Shown here piece after piece: positions 19,207-28,867 of a stretch of 64,000 nt of DNA; position 1 is the first letter of the stretch; every line of letters begins with the position of its first letter. Location: contig JANQNH010000008.1 of assembly GCA_028279655.1 (NCBI GenBank), forward strand, positions 5,012-69,011, written 5' to 3'. This stretch comes from Candidatus Nanoarchaeia archaeon (lineage in GTDB: Archaea; Nanobdellota; Nanobdellia; Woesearchaeales; JACPBV01). A program made the position numbers and the translations under genes. The notes beneath the pieces were generated by a model. It was given only the letters and a program-made list of their open reading frames with translations. It was not told the DNA's origin and did not search any database.

Positions 19207-19320
19207 GCGCTGTGCTGGTGGTCTTAACAGCACTAGGGGTTTCACCCGATAGACCCCCATGGACGATTAGTCCTATTTCGCTGCGCTCAATAGGACGAAT
19301 GGGCCGTCTTTAGAATAAGC
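19207..19320 (+). other. Structured leader/element upstream of tRNA-Gly
   Basis: Begins with partial copies of the tRNA 5' end (GCGCTG; GCTGGTGGTCT), then hairpins GTGCTG/CAGCAC, GGGGT/ACCCC, GTCCTATT/AATAGGAC; TATA TTTTATAAA at 19172-19180. Confidence 0.6.
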
Positions 19321-19324
19321 CTAT

Positions 19325-19420
19325 GCGCTGGTGGTCTAATGGCTACAACCTTCATAGGGTTGCCATAAATGACTCGAGCCTTCCAAGCTCGGTATCCGGG
19401 TTCGAATCCCGGCCGGCGCA
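19325..19420 (+). tRNA. tRNA-Gly(TCC) with 24-nt D-loop intron (19345-19368)
   Basis: Acceptor GCGCTGG/CCGGCGC-A, anticodon arm CGAGC-CTTCCAA-GCTCG, T-loop TTCGAAT; BHB: ATGG/CCAT helix with CTA and AAA bulges. Confidence 0.95.
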
Positions 19421-19429
19421 TTTTTTCTT

Positions 19430-22400
19430 TTAAACCTTCAGACTAACAACCTTAGAAATACCATCTTCATTCATAGAAACCCCGTATAAGGTTGAGGCTG
19501 TCGATATAACCCCGTCGTTATGGGAGATTATTATGTACTGGGCTTTTTCTGAGTATTTTGCCACCAGCTTGGCAAGTTTTTCTGAGTTTCTCTTGTCTAA
19601 GGCTGCATCTACCTCATCAAGGACGTAGAAGGAAGCAGGTTCATGCTCCTGAATCGAAAATATGAATGCTAGGGCTGTCAAGGTCTTTTCTCCTCCTGAT
19701 AATGAGCGTATGTCCAGGAATTTCTGTCCTGTTATACGTACTTTAACACCAAGGCCGCCTTCAAAGGGATTTTGTTTGTTTTCTAATTCTAAGGTGGCTT
19801 CTCCTTTAGTGGTTAATTGTGAGAAGATGCTCTTGAATCCGTTGTTGACTACCTCAAAGTTCTTCATGAAAAGGTCTTTTTTCTTTTCCTCTATCTCTTC
19901 CATCATCTTCACTACATCGTCTTTTTCTCCCACCAATGTTTCTTTCTTTTCCAATAAGGTGCCATATTCTCTTTCTACATTGTCATATATTTCCAGGGCC
20001 CTCATGTTTACTGTTCCTATCTCAGACTTCATCTTTTCGAATTTGTTTATCTCGTATCTAAGCTGCTCTTCTGTCCTGTTTGCCAATAATTGGACTCCTT
20101 CGTACTGCTGGAATTCCTGCTGGAGGCCAGCTAGCTCTGATGCGCTCTCTGCATGTTTTAGAGTTAAGGTGTTCTGTCTAATCTCTATCTTTCTGCTGTC
20201 ATCTATCCTATTTGAGATTGTGTTTTCGTTCTTTGATATCTCTTCACTAATATTAGATCTCTTTTCAAATAAGGCCTTGAATTTGGAATGAAAATCTTTT
20301 GCTATTTCTTCCTTCTTCTTCAGCTGTTGCTTCTTTTCCTCTGTCTCTTTTTGGATGTATTCGATCTCTGTCTTGAATTCGTCTTCTTCTTTTTCTATCT
20401 GTTTCAGGATCTGATGTACCTTTTCCTGTTCTTTTAGATGGATTGTGTTTATCTGAAGATCTATGTTTTTCAACTCACCATTCATCTTTGCAAGGTCTTC
20501 ATTTATCTGGTTTCTCTTTTCTTCAAAGGCTGCTAACTCTGCCAGAAGCTCTGGGTCCCTAAGTTGAGCTGTTTTGCTCTTTAGGGTTTGTTTTTCTATC
20601 CTGTTATTAGCAAGTTCCTTGTTCTTTTCTGAGATAGTAGTTATTATCTCGTCTATCTGTTTTTCCAGCTTTTTTGAGTTAGAGGCTAGTTCCTGCTTCT
20701 TTGTCTTGGACATCTCCAGGTCTGTGGGTTCAAGATGCAGGGTTTTTTCTACCTTAAGGATATCTCCTTCTAGGTTTGCTTTATCCTGCCTCAGTTTTGT
20801 AATATTTTCTTCGTTTTCCTTTCTTCTGTTTTCAAGGACCTGTACTGTGTTTTCAAGCTCTGCTATCTCTTCTTCGCATTTATCCAGGTCTGCTGTTACC
20901 TCTTTTTCTGTAAAACCTAATCCTTGTCTTTTTTTCCTGTAGCCTCCGTGCATCACTCCTGAGATCTCTGCCATATCTCCATCTAAGGTAACCATCCTTG
21001 ATTTTCCAATACCTAATCTTCTTGCTACATCTATATTATCTATTATCAAGGTATTAGTGAAAACGTATTGAAATGCTTTTTTGAACTTTGGATTGAATTC
21101 GACTAAGTCTATAGCCAGGCCATGACACCCTTTTGCTTTTGAAAGCTTTTTTGCATCCTCTGATAAGGGTTTTGTGTTTATCTTGCTTAAGGGAATGAAT
21201 GATGCTGTTCCCAACCTATTTTGTTTTAGGTAGTTTATCTGCTCTGCCGCTATCTTCTCATTCTCCACTACAATACTTTTTATCCTGTTCCCTGCTGCTA
21301 TCTCTAATGCCAGCGAGTATTTTGAGTTTACTTCCCCTAGATCTGAGATCGTACCATATATCCCCGGACTTTTTTTGTCCAGGATCTTCTTAATGGCAGT
21401 GTCTGATTTTGTTGTTTCTCTTATTGTGGTGTGTCTTGCCTGGAGTTTTGCCAGTTCTTCTCTTGATTGTGATAATTTGGTCCTTTTTGTATCTATCTGT
21501 ACTGCTAAAGAGGAATCTTCATTGAGAGATTTGTTCAGTTCCAGGGTTGTTTTCTTGAACTGGTCTCTTCTTGATTTTAACTGTTCAATCTCCTTCTTAT
21601 GCTCTTTTTCTACCTCTTCTACTTTCTTTATCTGATCATCTATGGTGTTTGCCTGGTGCTCCAGGAGGTCTTTTTGTCTGATAAGGTTGTGCTGCTCTTC
21701 TCTCAGGCTGTGAATCTCTTTTTGAAGTTCTTCTGCAGTCTTGTCAATCTCTTCGATATTCTTCTCTACATCTGCAAGTTCCTGGAGCTTGTTTTTGTCT
21801 CTGAAGATTGAGATCTTTTCTGTAAGTTCTTGTTTCTGTTTTTCTGTATCCTGCTTCTTTTTTTCTGTCTCTTGTTTTTCTTCCTTCAAGGCCTGGATCT
21901 TTTGGTCTGTGTCTTTCAGTGAGGTGTTAAGGTCCTGTCTTCTTTTTTCAATCTTATTTAACTCTGAGGTTAATGTTTCTATCCTAGAATGCTTTTTTGT
22001 AAGGTCTATCTTTAGGGTCTCTATGTCTTTGTTTAACGTAACTTGCTCAACTTCTCCTTTTTCCTCAATCTCTGTTGAGATGTTTTCTATTTCCTGCTTT
22101 TTCTCTATGTTCTGCTGTTTAAGCTGATTTATCTTATCATTAATTTTTCTTAGCTCTTCTTTTGTCTTTTCTAGATTCGAGTTTAGCTCTTGTTTTTCCT
22201 TCTCTTTTTTGTCTATCTGTATCTTTAACAATGAGGCTTTGCTCTGGGATATCTTGTCTCCTGTCTCTTTGAACCTTTTGGCCTGGTCGTGATCCTTCTT
22301 TAGCTCTTTAAGGTATGTCTTTCTCTCTGCCAGCACTATTTCTGCTTCCTTTAATCTTTCTTCTACTTTTTCTAGCTGATTTATGGCTTTCTGCTTCTTT

Positions 22401-22918
22401 TCTTCGTATATTGAAATGCCAGATACCTCTTCTATCAGCTGTCTTCTTTCTACGGGGTGCATCTCTACGAATTTTGTAATATCTCCCTGCAGGATTATGT
22501 TATATCCGTCGGGTTCTATCTTTGCCAAGCTTAATAGATCAAGGATTTCCTGCCTTGTTCTTGTCTTATCATTGATCTTGTATATGGATTGTCCATTTTG
22601 GCGGACGATTCTTGTTATTTTTACCTCTGCATCCTCTGTAGGGAATCGTTTGCTCTGATTGTCGAAGTATATGGAGACTTCGCCTTCTTTTGCTGGTTTC
22701 TTGGCTTTTCCTCCGTTGTAGATTAGGTTGGAGGATTTCTCTGCACGCATTGATTTTGCAGATGATTTTCCAAGAACAAAGCATAAGCTGTCCAGAACAT
22801 TAGATTTTCCTGAGCCATTCGGACCTAAAACACAGTTGAAGTCAGTTCCAAAGGTCAACTCTGTGTGCTTAGCGAAGCTCTTAAAGCCACGCATAACCAT
22901 CTTATTTATTCTAGTAAC
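19430..22918 (-). CDS. smc: Chromosome segregation protein SMC (first ATG at 22900; conserved frame extends to 22918)
   Basis: GFKSF, GPNGSGKSN, Q-loop LQG, hinge GIYG/VTLDG, LSGGEK, LDEVDAALD, long coiled coils. Confidence 0.97.
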   Translation of the reverse strand, partial: VTRINKMVMRGFKSFAKHTELTFGTDFNCVLGPNGSGKSNVLDSLCFVLGKSSAKSMRAEKSSNLIYNGGKAKKPAKEGEVSIYFDNQSKRFPTEDAEVKITRIVRQNGQSIYKINDKTRTRQEILDLLSLAKIEPDGYNIILQGDITKFVEMHPVERRQLIEEVSGISIYEEKKQKAINQLEKVEERLKEAEIVLAERKTYLKELKKDHDQAKRFKETGDKISQSKASLLKIQIDKKEKEKQELNSNLEKTKEELRKINDKINQLKQQNIEKKQEIENISTEIEEKGEVEQVTLNKDIETLKIDLTKKHSRIETLTSELNKIEKRRQDLNTSLKDTDQKIQALKEEKQETEKKKQDTEKQKQELTEKISIFRDKNKLQELADVEKNIEEIDKTAEELQKEIHSLREEQHNLIRQKDLLEHQANTIDDQIKKVEEVEKEHKKEIEQLKSRRDQFKKTTLELNKSLNEDSSLAVQIDTKRTKLSQSREELAKLQARHTTIRETTKSDTAIKKILDKKSPGIYGTISDLGEVNSKYSLALEIAAGNRIKSIVVENEKIAAEQINYLKQNRLGTASFIPLSKINTKPLSEDAKKLSKAKGCHGLAIDLVEFNPKFKKAFQYVFTNTLIIDNIDVARRLGIGKSRMVTLDGDMAEISGVMHGGYRKKRQGLGFTEKEVTADLDKCEEEIAELENTVQVLENRRKENEENITKLRQDKANLEGDILKVEKTLHLEPTDLEMSKTKKQELASNSKKLEKQIDEIITTISEKNKELANNRIEKQTLKSKTAQLRDPELLAELAAFEEKRNQINEDLAKMNGELKNIDLQINTIHLKEQEKVHQILKQIEKEEDEFKTEIEYIQKETEEKKQQLKKKEEIAKDFHSKFKALFEKRSNISEEISKNENTISNRIDDSRKIEIRQNTLTLKHAESASELAGLQQEFQQYEGVQLLANRTEEQLRYEINKFEKMKSEIGTVNMRALEIYDNVEREYGTLLEKKETLVGEKDDVVKMMEEIEEKKKDLFMKNFEVVNNGFKSIFSQLTTKGEATLELENKQNPFEGGLGVKVRITGQKFLDIRSLSGGEKTLTALAFIFSIQEHEPASFYVLDEVDAALDKRNSEKLAKLVAKYSEKAQYIIISHNDGVISTASTLYGVSMNEDGISKVVSLKV

Positions 22919-23020
22919 TTAAATCACCTTTTTTCGCTTGTTTTTACATATAGTCCCGAGGTTTATTAATAAAGATTTTGTTTTGATCTGTGAGATTTTT
23001 ATTACTGTATATTGACTATT

Positions 23021-23413
23021 TTATTCTTCTCCAAGGTACACAATATTCTTTAAAGTTTTGAAATGTGGATCTCCGCTGATTATCTTGCATTTCAATTCCT
23101 TTTGTTTTGAGACTAAGATTGCATCAATGAGACCGAAGTGGGCAATCTTTTTTCTTAGCTCAAACCTAATTTTTGCTGCTTCCATCCAATTTTTTGCCAT
23201 TACTGGGAAAATGACAGAATTTCCCTTTATAAGTTCATATGCTTCCTGAAAGTTATGGTTATCTTTAAGACAAAATCCAAATAATTCAGATAAACAACAT
23301 TCTAGAGTTATAAATTTATTTTTTTGGTCATCCAGTAGATTCTTGAATATTGTGGCTTTTTTGCTTCCTTTAATATATTCTATCCATGCATAGGTGTCTA
23401 CTATGAATATCAT
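23021..23413 (-). CDS. vapC: PIN-domain toxin (VapC)
   Basis: IVDTYAWIEY, E, GLIDAIL, ISGDPHF. Confidence 0.9.
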   Translation of the reverse strand: MIFIVDTYAWIEYIKGSKKATIFKNLLDDQKNKFITLECCLSELFGFCLKDNHNFQEAYELIKGNSVIFPVMAKNWMEAAKIRFELRKKIAHFGLIDAILVSKQKELKCKIISGDPHFKTLKNIVYLGEE

Positions 23414-23620
23414 TTACCAGAACTCCTCATGCCCTATCTCTTCTTCTTCGAACTTCTTAGCATGTTTCCACATTCCAAAGCCATCTATTCGCTTTGATTT
23501 AATTATATCAATCTTTATAATTTCTCCTTTATGAATATCTACGTGCTTTGCTATTTCCCTAGGTATTATTATTCCTAATGAGTTTCCCCATTCCTTAACC
23601 TTTACTTCTGCCATTGTCAT
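23414..23620 (-). CDS. vapB: AbrB/MazE-type antitoxin
   Basis: VKEWGNSLGIIIPREI; directly upstream of the PIN gene. Confidence 0.88.
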   Translation of the reverse strand: MTMAEVKVKEWGNSLGIIIPREIAKHVDIHKGEIIKIDIIKSKRIDGFGMWKHAKKFEEEEIGHEEFW

Positions 23621-23684
23621 AGTATCACCTATTTAGTATAACTAATTATACAGAAATGTATAACTTATATATAAGTTTTTTGTT

Positions 23685-24434
23685 TTATTGCTTGATTATT
23701 TTGGCTTTTTTCCAGATAGCCTCATAGTAATATTTAAGTGCATTTGTTAGCTCCTTGCTTTGAATAAAGATATTTGTCCTATCTAGCAAATCCTTTTGGC
23801 TGACAAGCATTTGTATAGATTCTTCATCATCCTTTATGAAGATCCTAATCTCCTGAACCGGATAATACCTTATGCTAAATCCCAGTTTCTTAAGGTTATT
23901 TAGTAATCCTGGGTTGTTTTTTGTTGTAATTATTATCCTAAGTTTAACATTGTTCTGCTGTGCTTTTATCAATAATCTTTGTGATACTGGTGATAGTGTT
24001 TCACATGTAAACATGATATCTAATGATCTTTTTGCTGTTCTGTATATATACTGCACGATAGATGAAGCATTTTTCTTCCCCCTGAGTACAGTTATTCTTT
24101 CGTCTGTTTCTTGGTCTTTTAATTCTAATTTTTTTAGTTCGTTTATTTGATCCGGCAGTTCTTTTTCTATCTCTTCTAGTCTCTCTTTTTCGTTTGAAAT
24201 TATGTGGGGAATGCAAATGGAGGGGTTGACTGCCTTGAAAAGCTTAGGACTAGCATCAATAAGAGATACAAATCCTTTTTCATTCAATCTATTAGCAATA
24301 TGATACACCTTGCCTTGAGGGATATTACTTAATCTGCTTAGTTTAAGTCCATTTAAGGACCCATATCTGATCAAAGTGAGATAACACTTAATCTCGTAGT
24401 CTGTAAGACCTAATTCTCTTAGTTTTCTCTCCAT
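23685..24434 (-). CDS. TrmB-family transcriptional regulator
   Basis: LRELGLTDYEIKCYLTL, IPQGKVY...L.EKGFV; C-terminal PLD-like effector domain. Confidence 0.9.
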   Translation of the reverse strand: MERKLRELGLTDYEIKCYLTLIRYGSLNGLKLSRLSNIPQGKVYHIANRLNEKGFVSLIDASPKLFKAVNPSICIPHIISNEKERLEEIEKELPDQINELKKLELKDQETDERITVLRGKKNASSIVQYIYRTAKRSLDIMFTCETLSPVSQRLLIKAQQNNVKLRIIITTKNNPGLLNNLKKLGFSIRYYPVQEIRIFIKDDEESIQMLVSQKDLLDRTNIFIQSKELTNALKYYYEAIWKKAKIIKQ

Positions 24435-24514
24435 TTTAACTAAACTTAGTTTTAACAACCACTAATAGTTGTTCATCTTATTTAAAAGTTTCTATTTGAC
24501 TACCATATAATGGG

Positions 24515-25597
24515 ATGGTAATTAAGACACTAAGTAAGACATTAACAAGGGATATGTCTCTGATTGCAATGGAATGTTGGTATAGAGGCAAAACTTCTCT
24601 TTTCAAGGAGTTTTTTGATTTTCATCATCCAAAAAGCGTTCTTTTGTTTAGAGATGGTGCAGTTGAGTTCTATACTGATAAAGAGGAATACAATACATAC
24701 TTACCAAGAAAGCTTGCTGATTGGCTAAATAAAAATAAAGAGGATGTAGGATTAGTGCACCAATATATGAAAGATGGCTTGAAATTATTTAGTGAGATTG
24801 GGAATTCTGAAAAAAGGGGTGTGAATGTACTTTTAGAGGATCTTCAGAGAGTTATAGGTGCTTTTACCCACGGTTATCTTGGAGTTTTTATTTCACATCA
24901 TCTCCCTATTTTCAATGAAGAATTTATTCAAAAAGGGGAGAGACTATGTGGTGAAAATATGATTAACAAAATAATCAAATGGAGAGAGGCAGAAGGTAAT
25001 ATACTCTTTAACGAAGGAAATGATATGATTTACTCTTTGTTAAATGAAATTGCTGAGAAGATGGGATGGGAGAAAGGATTATTGAAGTTTATTACATTTG
25101 AAGAATTAAAGAGGTGTATTAAAGAAAAGAAGGAGTTTCCATTAGGTATACTTAAGAAAAGGAGGGATTCTTATTTTGCTTATTTTAACTATAAGATTTT
25201 TTATGAGTACGAGATTAATGGGGTGTTGGGGGGTGAAGGATATATGATTAAGATGGAAGAAGTATCTCAGGATATAAAGGAGATTAAAGGTAATAGTGCT
25301 AATATAGGCCATGCAGTAGGGTCTGCAAAGCTTGTGTTTAACAGAGAAGAACTGGATAAGGTTGGGTATGGTGATATACTTGTTGCACCAATGACCTCTC
25401 CTTATCATATAACTGCAATTGAGAAAGCTTCTGCAATTGTGACAGATGAAGGAGGAATTACTTGTCATGCTGCTATAATCTCAAGAGAGATGAACAAACC
25501 TTGTGTAGTTGCAACTAAAATAGCAACAAAGGTTTTTAAGGATGGTGATAGGATAGCTGTTGATGCGGATAAAGGTATTGTAAGAAAAATCACTTGA
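24515..25597 (+). CDS. Protein with C-terminal PEP-utilising phosphohistidine (mobile) domain
   Basis: GDILVAPMTSP, AIVTDEGGITCHAAIISRE, VDADKGIV; no ATP-grasp domain seen. Confidence 0.85.
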   Translation: MVIKTLSKTLTRDMSLIAMECWYRGKTSLFKEFFDFHHPKSVLLFRDGAVEFYTDKEEYNTYLPRKLADWLNKNKEDVGLVHQYMKDGLKLFSEIGNSEKRGVNVLLEDLQRVIGAFTHGYLGVFISHHLPIFNEEFIQKGERLCGENMINKIIKWREAEGNILFNEGNDMIYSLLNEIAEKMGWEKGLLKFITFEELKRCIKEKKEFPLGILKKRRDSYFAYFNYKIFYEYEINGVLGGEGYMIKMEEVSQDIKEIKGNSANIGHAVGSAKLVFNREELDKVGYGDILVAPMTSPYHITAIEKASAIVTDEGGITCHAAIISREMNKPCVVATKIATKVFKDGDRIAVDADKGIVRKIT

Positions 25598-26255
25598 TGA
25601 ATTTCTCAAAACTATCCAATTTGCTCTGAAACTTAGCATCTTTATGTTTTCTGTATGATGACCAGGTGTGTCTGAAGATCTCTGGGTGTTTTTCCCAGTT
25701 TTGTTCCAGGAATTTCTGTGTGATCTCGTTTGATGGATAGCCTGGGCCTGTGTTGCCGTATTTCTTCTGTATCTTTTCCATCTCATTATCTCTGGTTACT
25801 TTTGCAAGGATTGAAGCTGCCCCTGATTCAAGGTATTTGACGTCTGCTTTGTGCTCCACTATCAATTTTGTCTTTGTTTTGATGAGATTTTCCACATAGG
25901 ACTTGTATGCTTTTGTGTTGTTGCTAGGGCAGTCTAGGATTGCCTTGTCTGGCTTTAGCTTGTTTATTATCTCTGCTGATTTATGTGCTTCCAACCAGTT
26001 AAGGTTAAGATCATCTGAGGTTAGGGCATTGTCTATCTCCTTTGGGGAGATTATTATTATTTTGTGTGCTTTTACTGTCTTTTTTATCTTGTTGAACAAT
26101 GCTTCTCTCTGTTGTTTTGTCAATAGTTTAGAGTCTTTTACGCCCATAGCTTTCAATTTAGGTATGTATGATTCTTCTATCAGTACTCCTGCCATTACCA
26201 TTGGGCCGATTACAGGTCCGCGTCCAGCTTCATCTATTCCGCATATTAGGGTCAT
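25590..26255 (-). CDS. rnhB: Ribonuclease HII
   Basis: GIDEAGRGPVIGP, GVKDSK, EHKAD, AASILAKV.RD, GYPS; PIP-like QSKLDSF. Confidence 0.96.
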   Translation of the reverse strand: MTLICGIDEAGRGPVIGPMVMAGVLIEESYIPKLKAMGVKDSKLLTKQQREALFNKIKKTVKAHKIIIISPKEIDNALTSDDLNLNWLEAHKSAEIINKLKPDKAILDCPSNNTKAYKSYVENLIKTKTKLIVEHKADVKYLESGAASILAKVTRDNEMEKIQKKYGNTGPGYPSNEITQKFLEQNWEKHPEIFRHTWSSYRKHKDAKFQSKLDSFEKFIK

Positions 26256-27118
26256 CTTAGCTTAACAACCTCACAGTTTACAATAAAGTTTGATACACAT
26301 TTTGCATCTGGTGATATTTTTTCTTCCTTAATCCATTCTTTCAGATCTTTAACTATTTTTTGATATTTTTCATCATCCACAGTAAACATTGAAGACCAAC
26401 ATTTTAGTTCTACTATTTTCATAAAATCTCTGATCTTGAATGTTTTTTTCCATTTTATTGTGAAATCATTGACTGAATCAAGATTCTTTTCTTTTTTTAG
26501 ATTAGCTATAAGTTCTGGATGTCCTAACCCCCATCTTATGCCTACTTGTGAATCCCTGGCGTTTTCTATGTTATGTTTGTTTCTTAATTCAATGTATTTT
26601 GTCCAGAATTTTTCCATCAGGTCTCTTTTTTTGCTTTTTTTATATCCCAGACCAATATCATACATATCTCCAGCTTCACTTATTAGGATTAAGAATCCTG
26701 CTCTTTTTGTTACTCTTATTATCTCTCCTAAGATCTCTCTCCAATTTTTCATTGAATGGAGTACAGAACTTATTAAGGAGAAATCGAAATGGTTTTCATC
26801 ATAATCAATTTTTGATAGATCGCTGTTGATTGCCTTGTAATTTCCTATGTTATTGTCTTTAATTCTCTTTTTGAGTATGCTTAACATCTCTTCTGACTTG
26901 TCTATTCCAACAATCTTTAGATTAGGATATTTCTTTGATATAGGTAAAGTTACCCTTCCATTGCCGCAGCCAGCATCCAGCAAGGCCTTATTATCGTAGT
27001 CTGTTTTTATTATTTCACTTATCTTTTCAAATAATGTTATGGCTAATTCTGCATCCAATGGCCTTCCTAATTCGTAGTTTTGGGCAATTTGCTTTTTGCT
27101 CCATCCTTCTTTTTTCAT
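26252..27118 (-). CDS. Class I SAM-dependent methyltransferase
   Basis: LLDAGCGNG, VGIDKSEEML, FD....SVLH. Confidence 0.88.
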   Translation of the reverse strand: MKKEGWSKKQIAQNYELGRPLDAELAITLFEKISEIIKTDYDNKALLDAGCGNGRVTLPISKKYPNLKIVGIDKSEEMLSILKKRIKDNNIGNYKAINSDLSKIDYDENHFDFSLISSVLHSMKNWREILGEIIRVTKRAGFLILISEAGDMYDIGLGYKKSKKRDLMEKFWTKYIELRNKHNIENARDSQVGIRWGLGHPELIANLKKEKNLDSVNDFTIKWKKTFKIRDFMKIVELKCWSSMFTVDDEKYQKIVKDLKEWIKEEKISPDAKCVSNFIVNCEVVKLR

Positions 27119-27164
27119 AGGTAATCCATAAAATATATAAACTAGGTTGCTTTTAAAGTTTTTC

Positions 27165-27467
27165 ATGGAAGAGATACAGATAATTGGTATAGACGAGATC
27201 GGTGATGATGATAAGATTATTGTCAATAAGCTGGCAAATGACTATTATTCTAAGATCAAGAGAGCGTTGAAGAACGAGGTTTCTGTCAAATTACATGTGA
27301 AGCAGCACAGCAAGACTGGAAAACAGCATAAGTCTGACATAAGGGTTAAGGTTGTTGCTCCTACAAAGGTTTTTGAGAGCCAGGAATCTGATTGGGACCT
27401 GGCAAGGACACTACATAAGGTGTTTAAGAATGTTCTGAGGCAGTTAGAGCATAGGATTAGGGATTGA
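27165..27467 (+). CDS. HPF/RaiA-like ribosome-associated protein (putative)
   Basis: ~100 aa, pattern KI.R......KLHVK.....G...K..I......WDL..TLH.VF..V.RQL. Confidence 0.6.
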   Translation: MEEIQIIGIDEIGDDDKIIVNKLANDYYSKIKRALKNEVSVKLHVKQHSKTGKQHKSDIRVKVVAPTKVFESQESDWDLARTLHKVFKNVLRQLEHRIRD

Positions 27468-27558
27468 AGTTATTCTTAGAATTATTAGTAGAGAACTATA
27501 CCTTAGATTAGGTGAAAATATTTCTAATCTATAAAGGAATTTATTTTAGAATAAGTAA

Positions 27559-28773
27559 TTAAAGTTTGTTGTGGTCGAGGATAGTGGTGGGGTTTTTAAT
27601 CCTATAGAATTTTCTTTTGAATTTATCAACATCCGCAACTTCAATTTTATTTTGTTGGATTAACCTTCTTAGTGTATCACGAATTGTAGGTGGTTTAATT
27701 TTTAGTTCCCTAGCTATCTCATTTCTGTAACTTTTTCCTTTAAGGTCTAGAAATTTGATAATTCTCTCTTCGTTTTTCTTTGGATTGGTTCTTAAACTGG
27801 TGTTTTTTACTTTATCTTTTAAGGATAAAGCAACTTTATATCCCTGGTCTGTTAAATAATATTTTCTTTTTTCTTTCATTAAGAATCTTTTATTGATTAA
27901 TTTCCTTAATCTTTGATAGATTGTCCATGTACCAATATAGGGAAATATTCTTTTAAGTTCTGAAGCATTGAATGCATTTTTATCTAAATTAAAGATTTCA
28001 ACTAAAGTAATCTCCCATGCTTTGTTCTTGAAAGAACCCACTATTTCTTCTAGTCTTTGTTGGTGAGATTGTAATGCAAACCCAATTTCCATAAATTTGA
28101 TTATATTCTCTTTATCTTGAAAATACAAGAAATATTTCCATCCATATCCTTTTATGTAATATTTATGAATTTTTGATGTAATATCAAACTTGTTTTTCAA
28201 TAAATTCTTTAAATCTCGCATATATTGTAAATCGGTGCTGTGAAACTTCACTTCGTTTGCCCTTAAGTAAGAACTAACTGACCCTTCCATTGCAAAAGCG
28301 TATCTAAGGTATTCTATTATCACTGATCGAGGAGATTTCCAAATCCAATATGGAATTCTAGCTTTTTCATCTGATTTGTGGATATTTAGACAGTGATAAA
28401 GAAAAGAAACGAAAGCTTTTCTGGAATAACTTATTTCGTGCGTTCCACTACCTTTATGGATTGAAAAACTATCATTAATACTGAACCTTCTCTTGATTAT
28501 ATTGGAGAATTCTGTCACTTTACTTTTGTCCTTCTTTTGAGCAAAACTGCACCGCATAAGATTTTTTGATACACTTCCATCCAAAATCATGGCAGCAATT
28601 TTGGCCAATTCTTCATTTAGGTATAATGGAAAATTAATCTTGAATGGAAGTGCTTTTGAATCCTTTAAATAGATTGTATCTCCTACAATTTCAAAAATAG
28701 CTGGGAGATCTTTTTCTGAAATTATGATATATGCGCTATTTTGTTTTCCTTGGATATTTTTTGTTGAGTTCAT
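27559..28773 (-). CDS. Stand-alone LAGLIDADG-like endonuclease with C-terminal winged-HTH domains
   Basis: Two LAGLIDADG-like helices (LAKIAAMILDGSV, YLRYAFAMEGSV); C-terminal YYLTDQG and EIARELKIKPPTIRDTLRRL; AT-rich. Confidence 0.72.
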   Translation of the reverse strand: MNSTKNIQGKQNSAYIIISEKDLPAIFEIVGDTIYLKDSKALPFKINFPLYLNEELAKIAAMILDGSVSKNLMRCSFAQKKDKSKVTEFSNIIKRRFSINDSFSIHKGSGTHEISYSRKAFVSFLYHCLNIHKSDEKARIPYWIWKSPRSVIIEYLRYAFAMEGSVSSYLRANEVKFHSTDLQYMRDLKNLLKNKFDITSKIHKYYIKGYGWKYFLYFQDKENIIKFMEIGFALQSHQQRLEEIVGSFKNKAWEITLVEIFNLDKNAFNASELKRIFPYIGTWTIYQRLRKLINKRFLMKEKRKYYLTDQGYKVALSLKDKVKNTSLRTNPKKNEERIIKFLDLKGKSYRNEIARELKIKPPTIRDTLRRLIQQNKIEVADVDKFKRKFYRIKNPTTILDHNKL

Positions 28774-28867
28774 TTGAAATCACCAAATGATGATTCTTAT
28801 TTGGATTTCAAATTAATGAAAACAAAAATTCAAAGGAAAAAGTGATTTATATATCCTACGGGGGCGG

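Noticed and set aside
19207-19320. A second or split tRNA gene
   Set aside because: No T-loop, no anticodon arm and no matching acceptor 3' strand; the adjacent tRNA-Gly is already complete.
19662-22922. Long antisense ORFs over smc (similar ones occur over alaS, tadC, the LamG gene and the fibre gene)
   Set aside because: Ser/Phe/Leu-rich shadows of biased codon usage with no SD or motifs.
26252-27226. Head-to-head overlap of the methyltransferase and HPF-like genes
   Set aside because: Artefact of the longest-ORF start choice. Starts at 27118 and 27165 leave a normal divergent gap with a TATA box.
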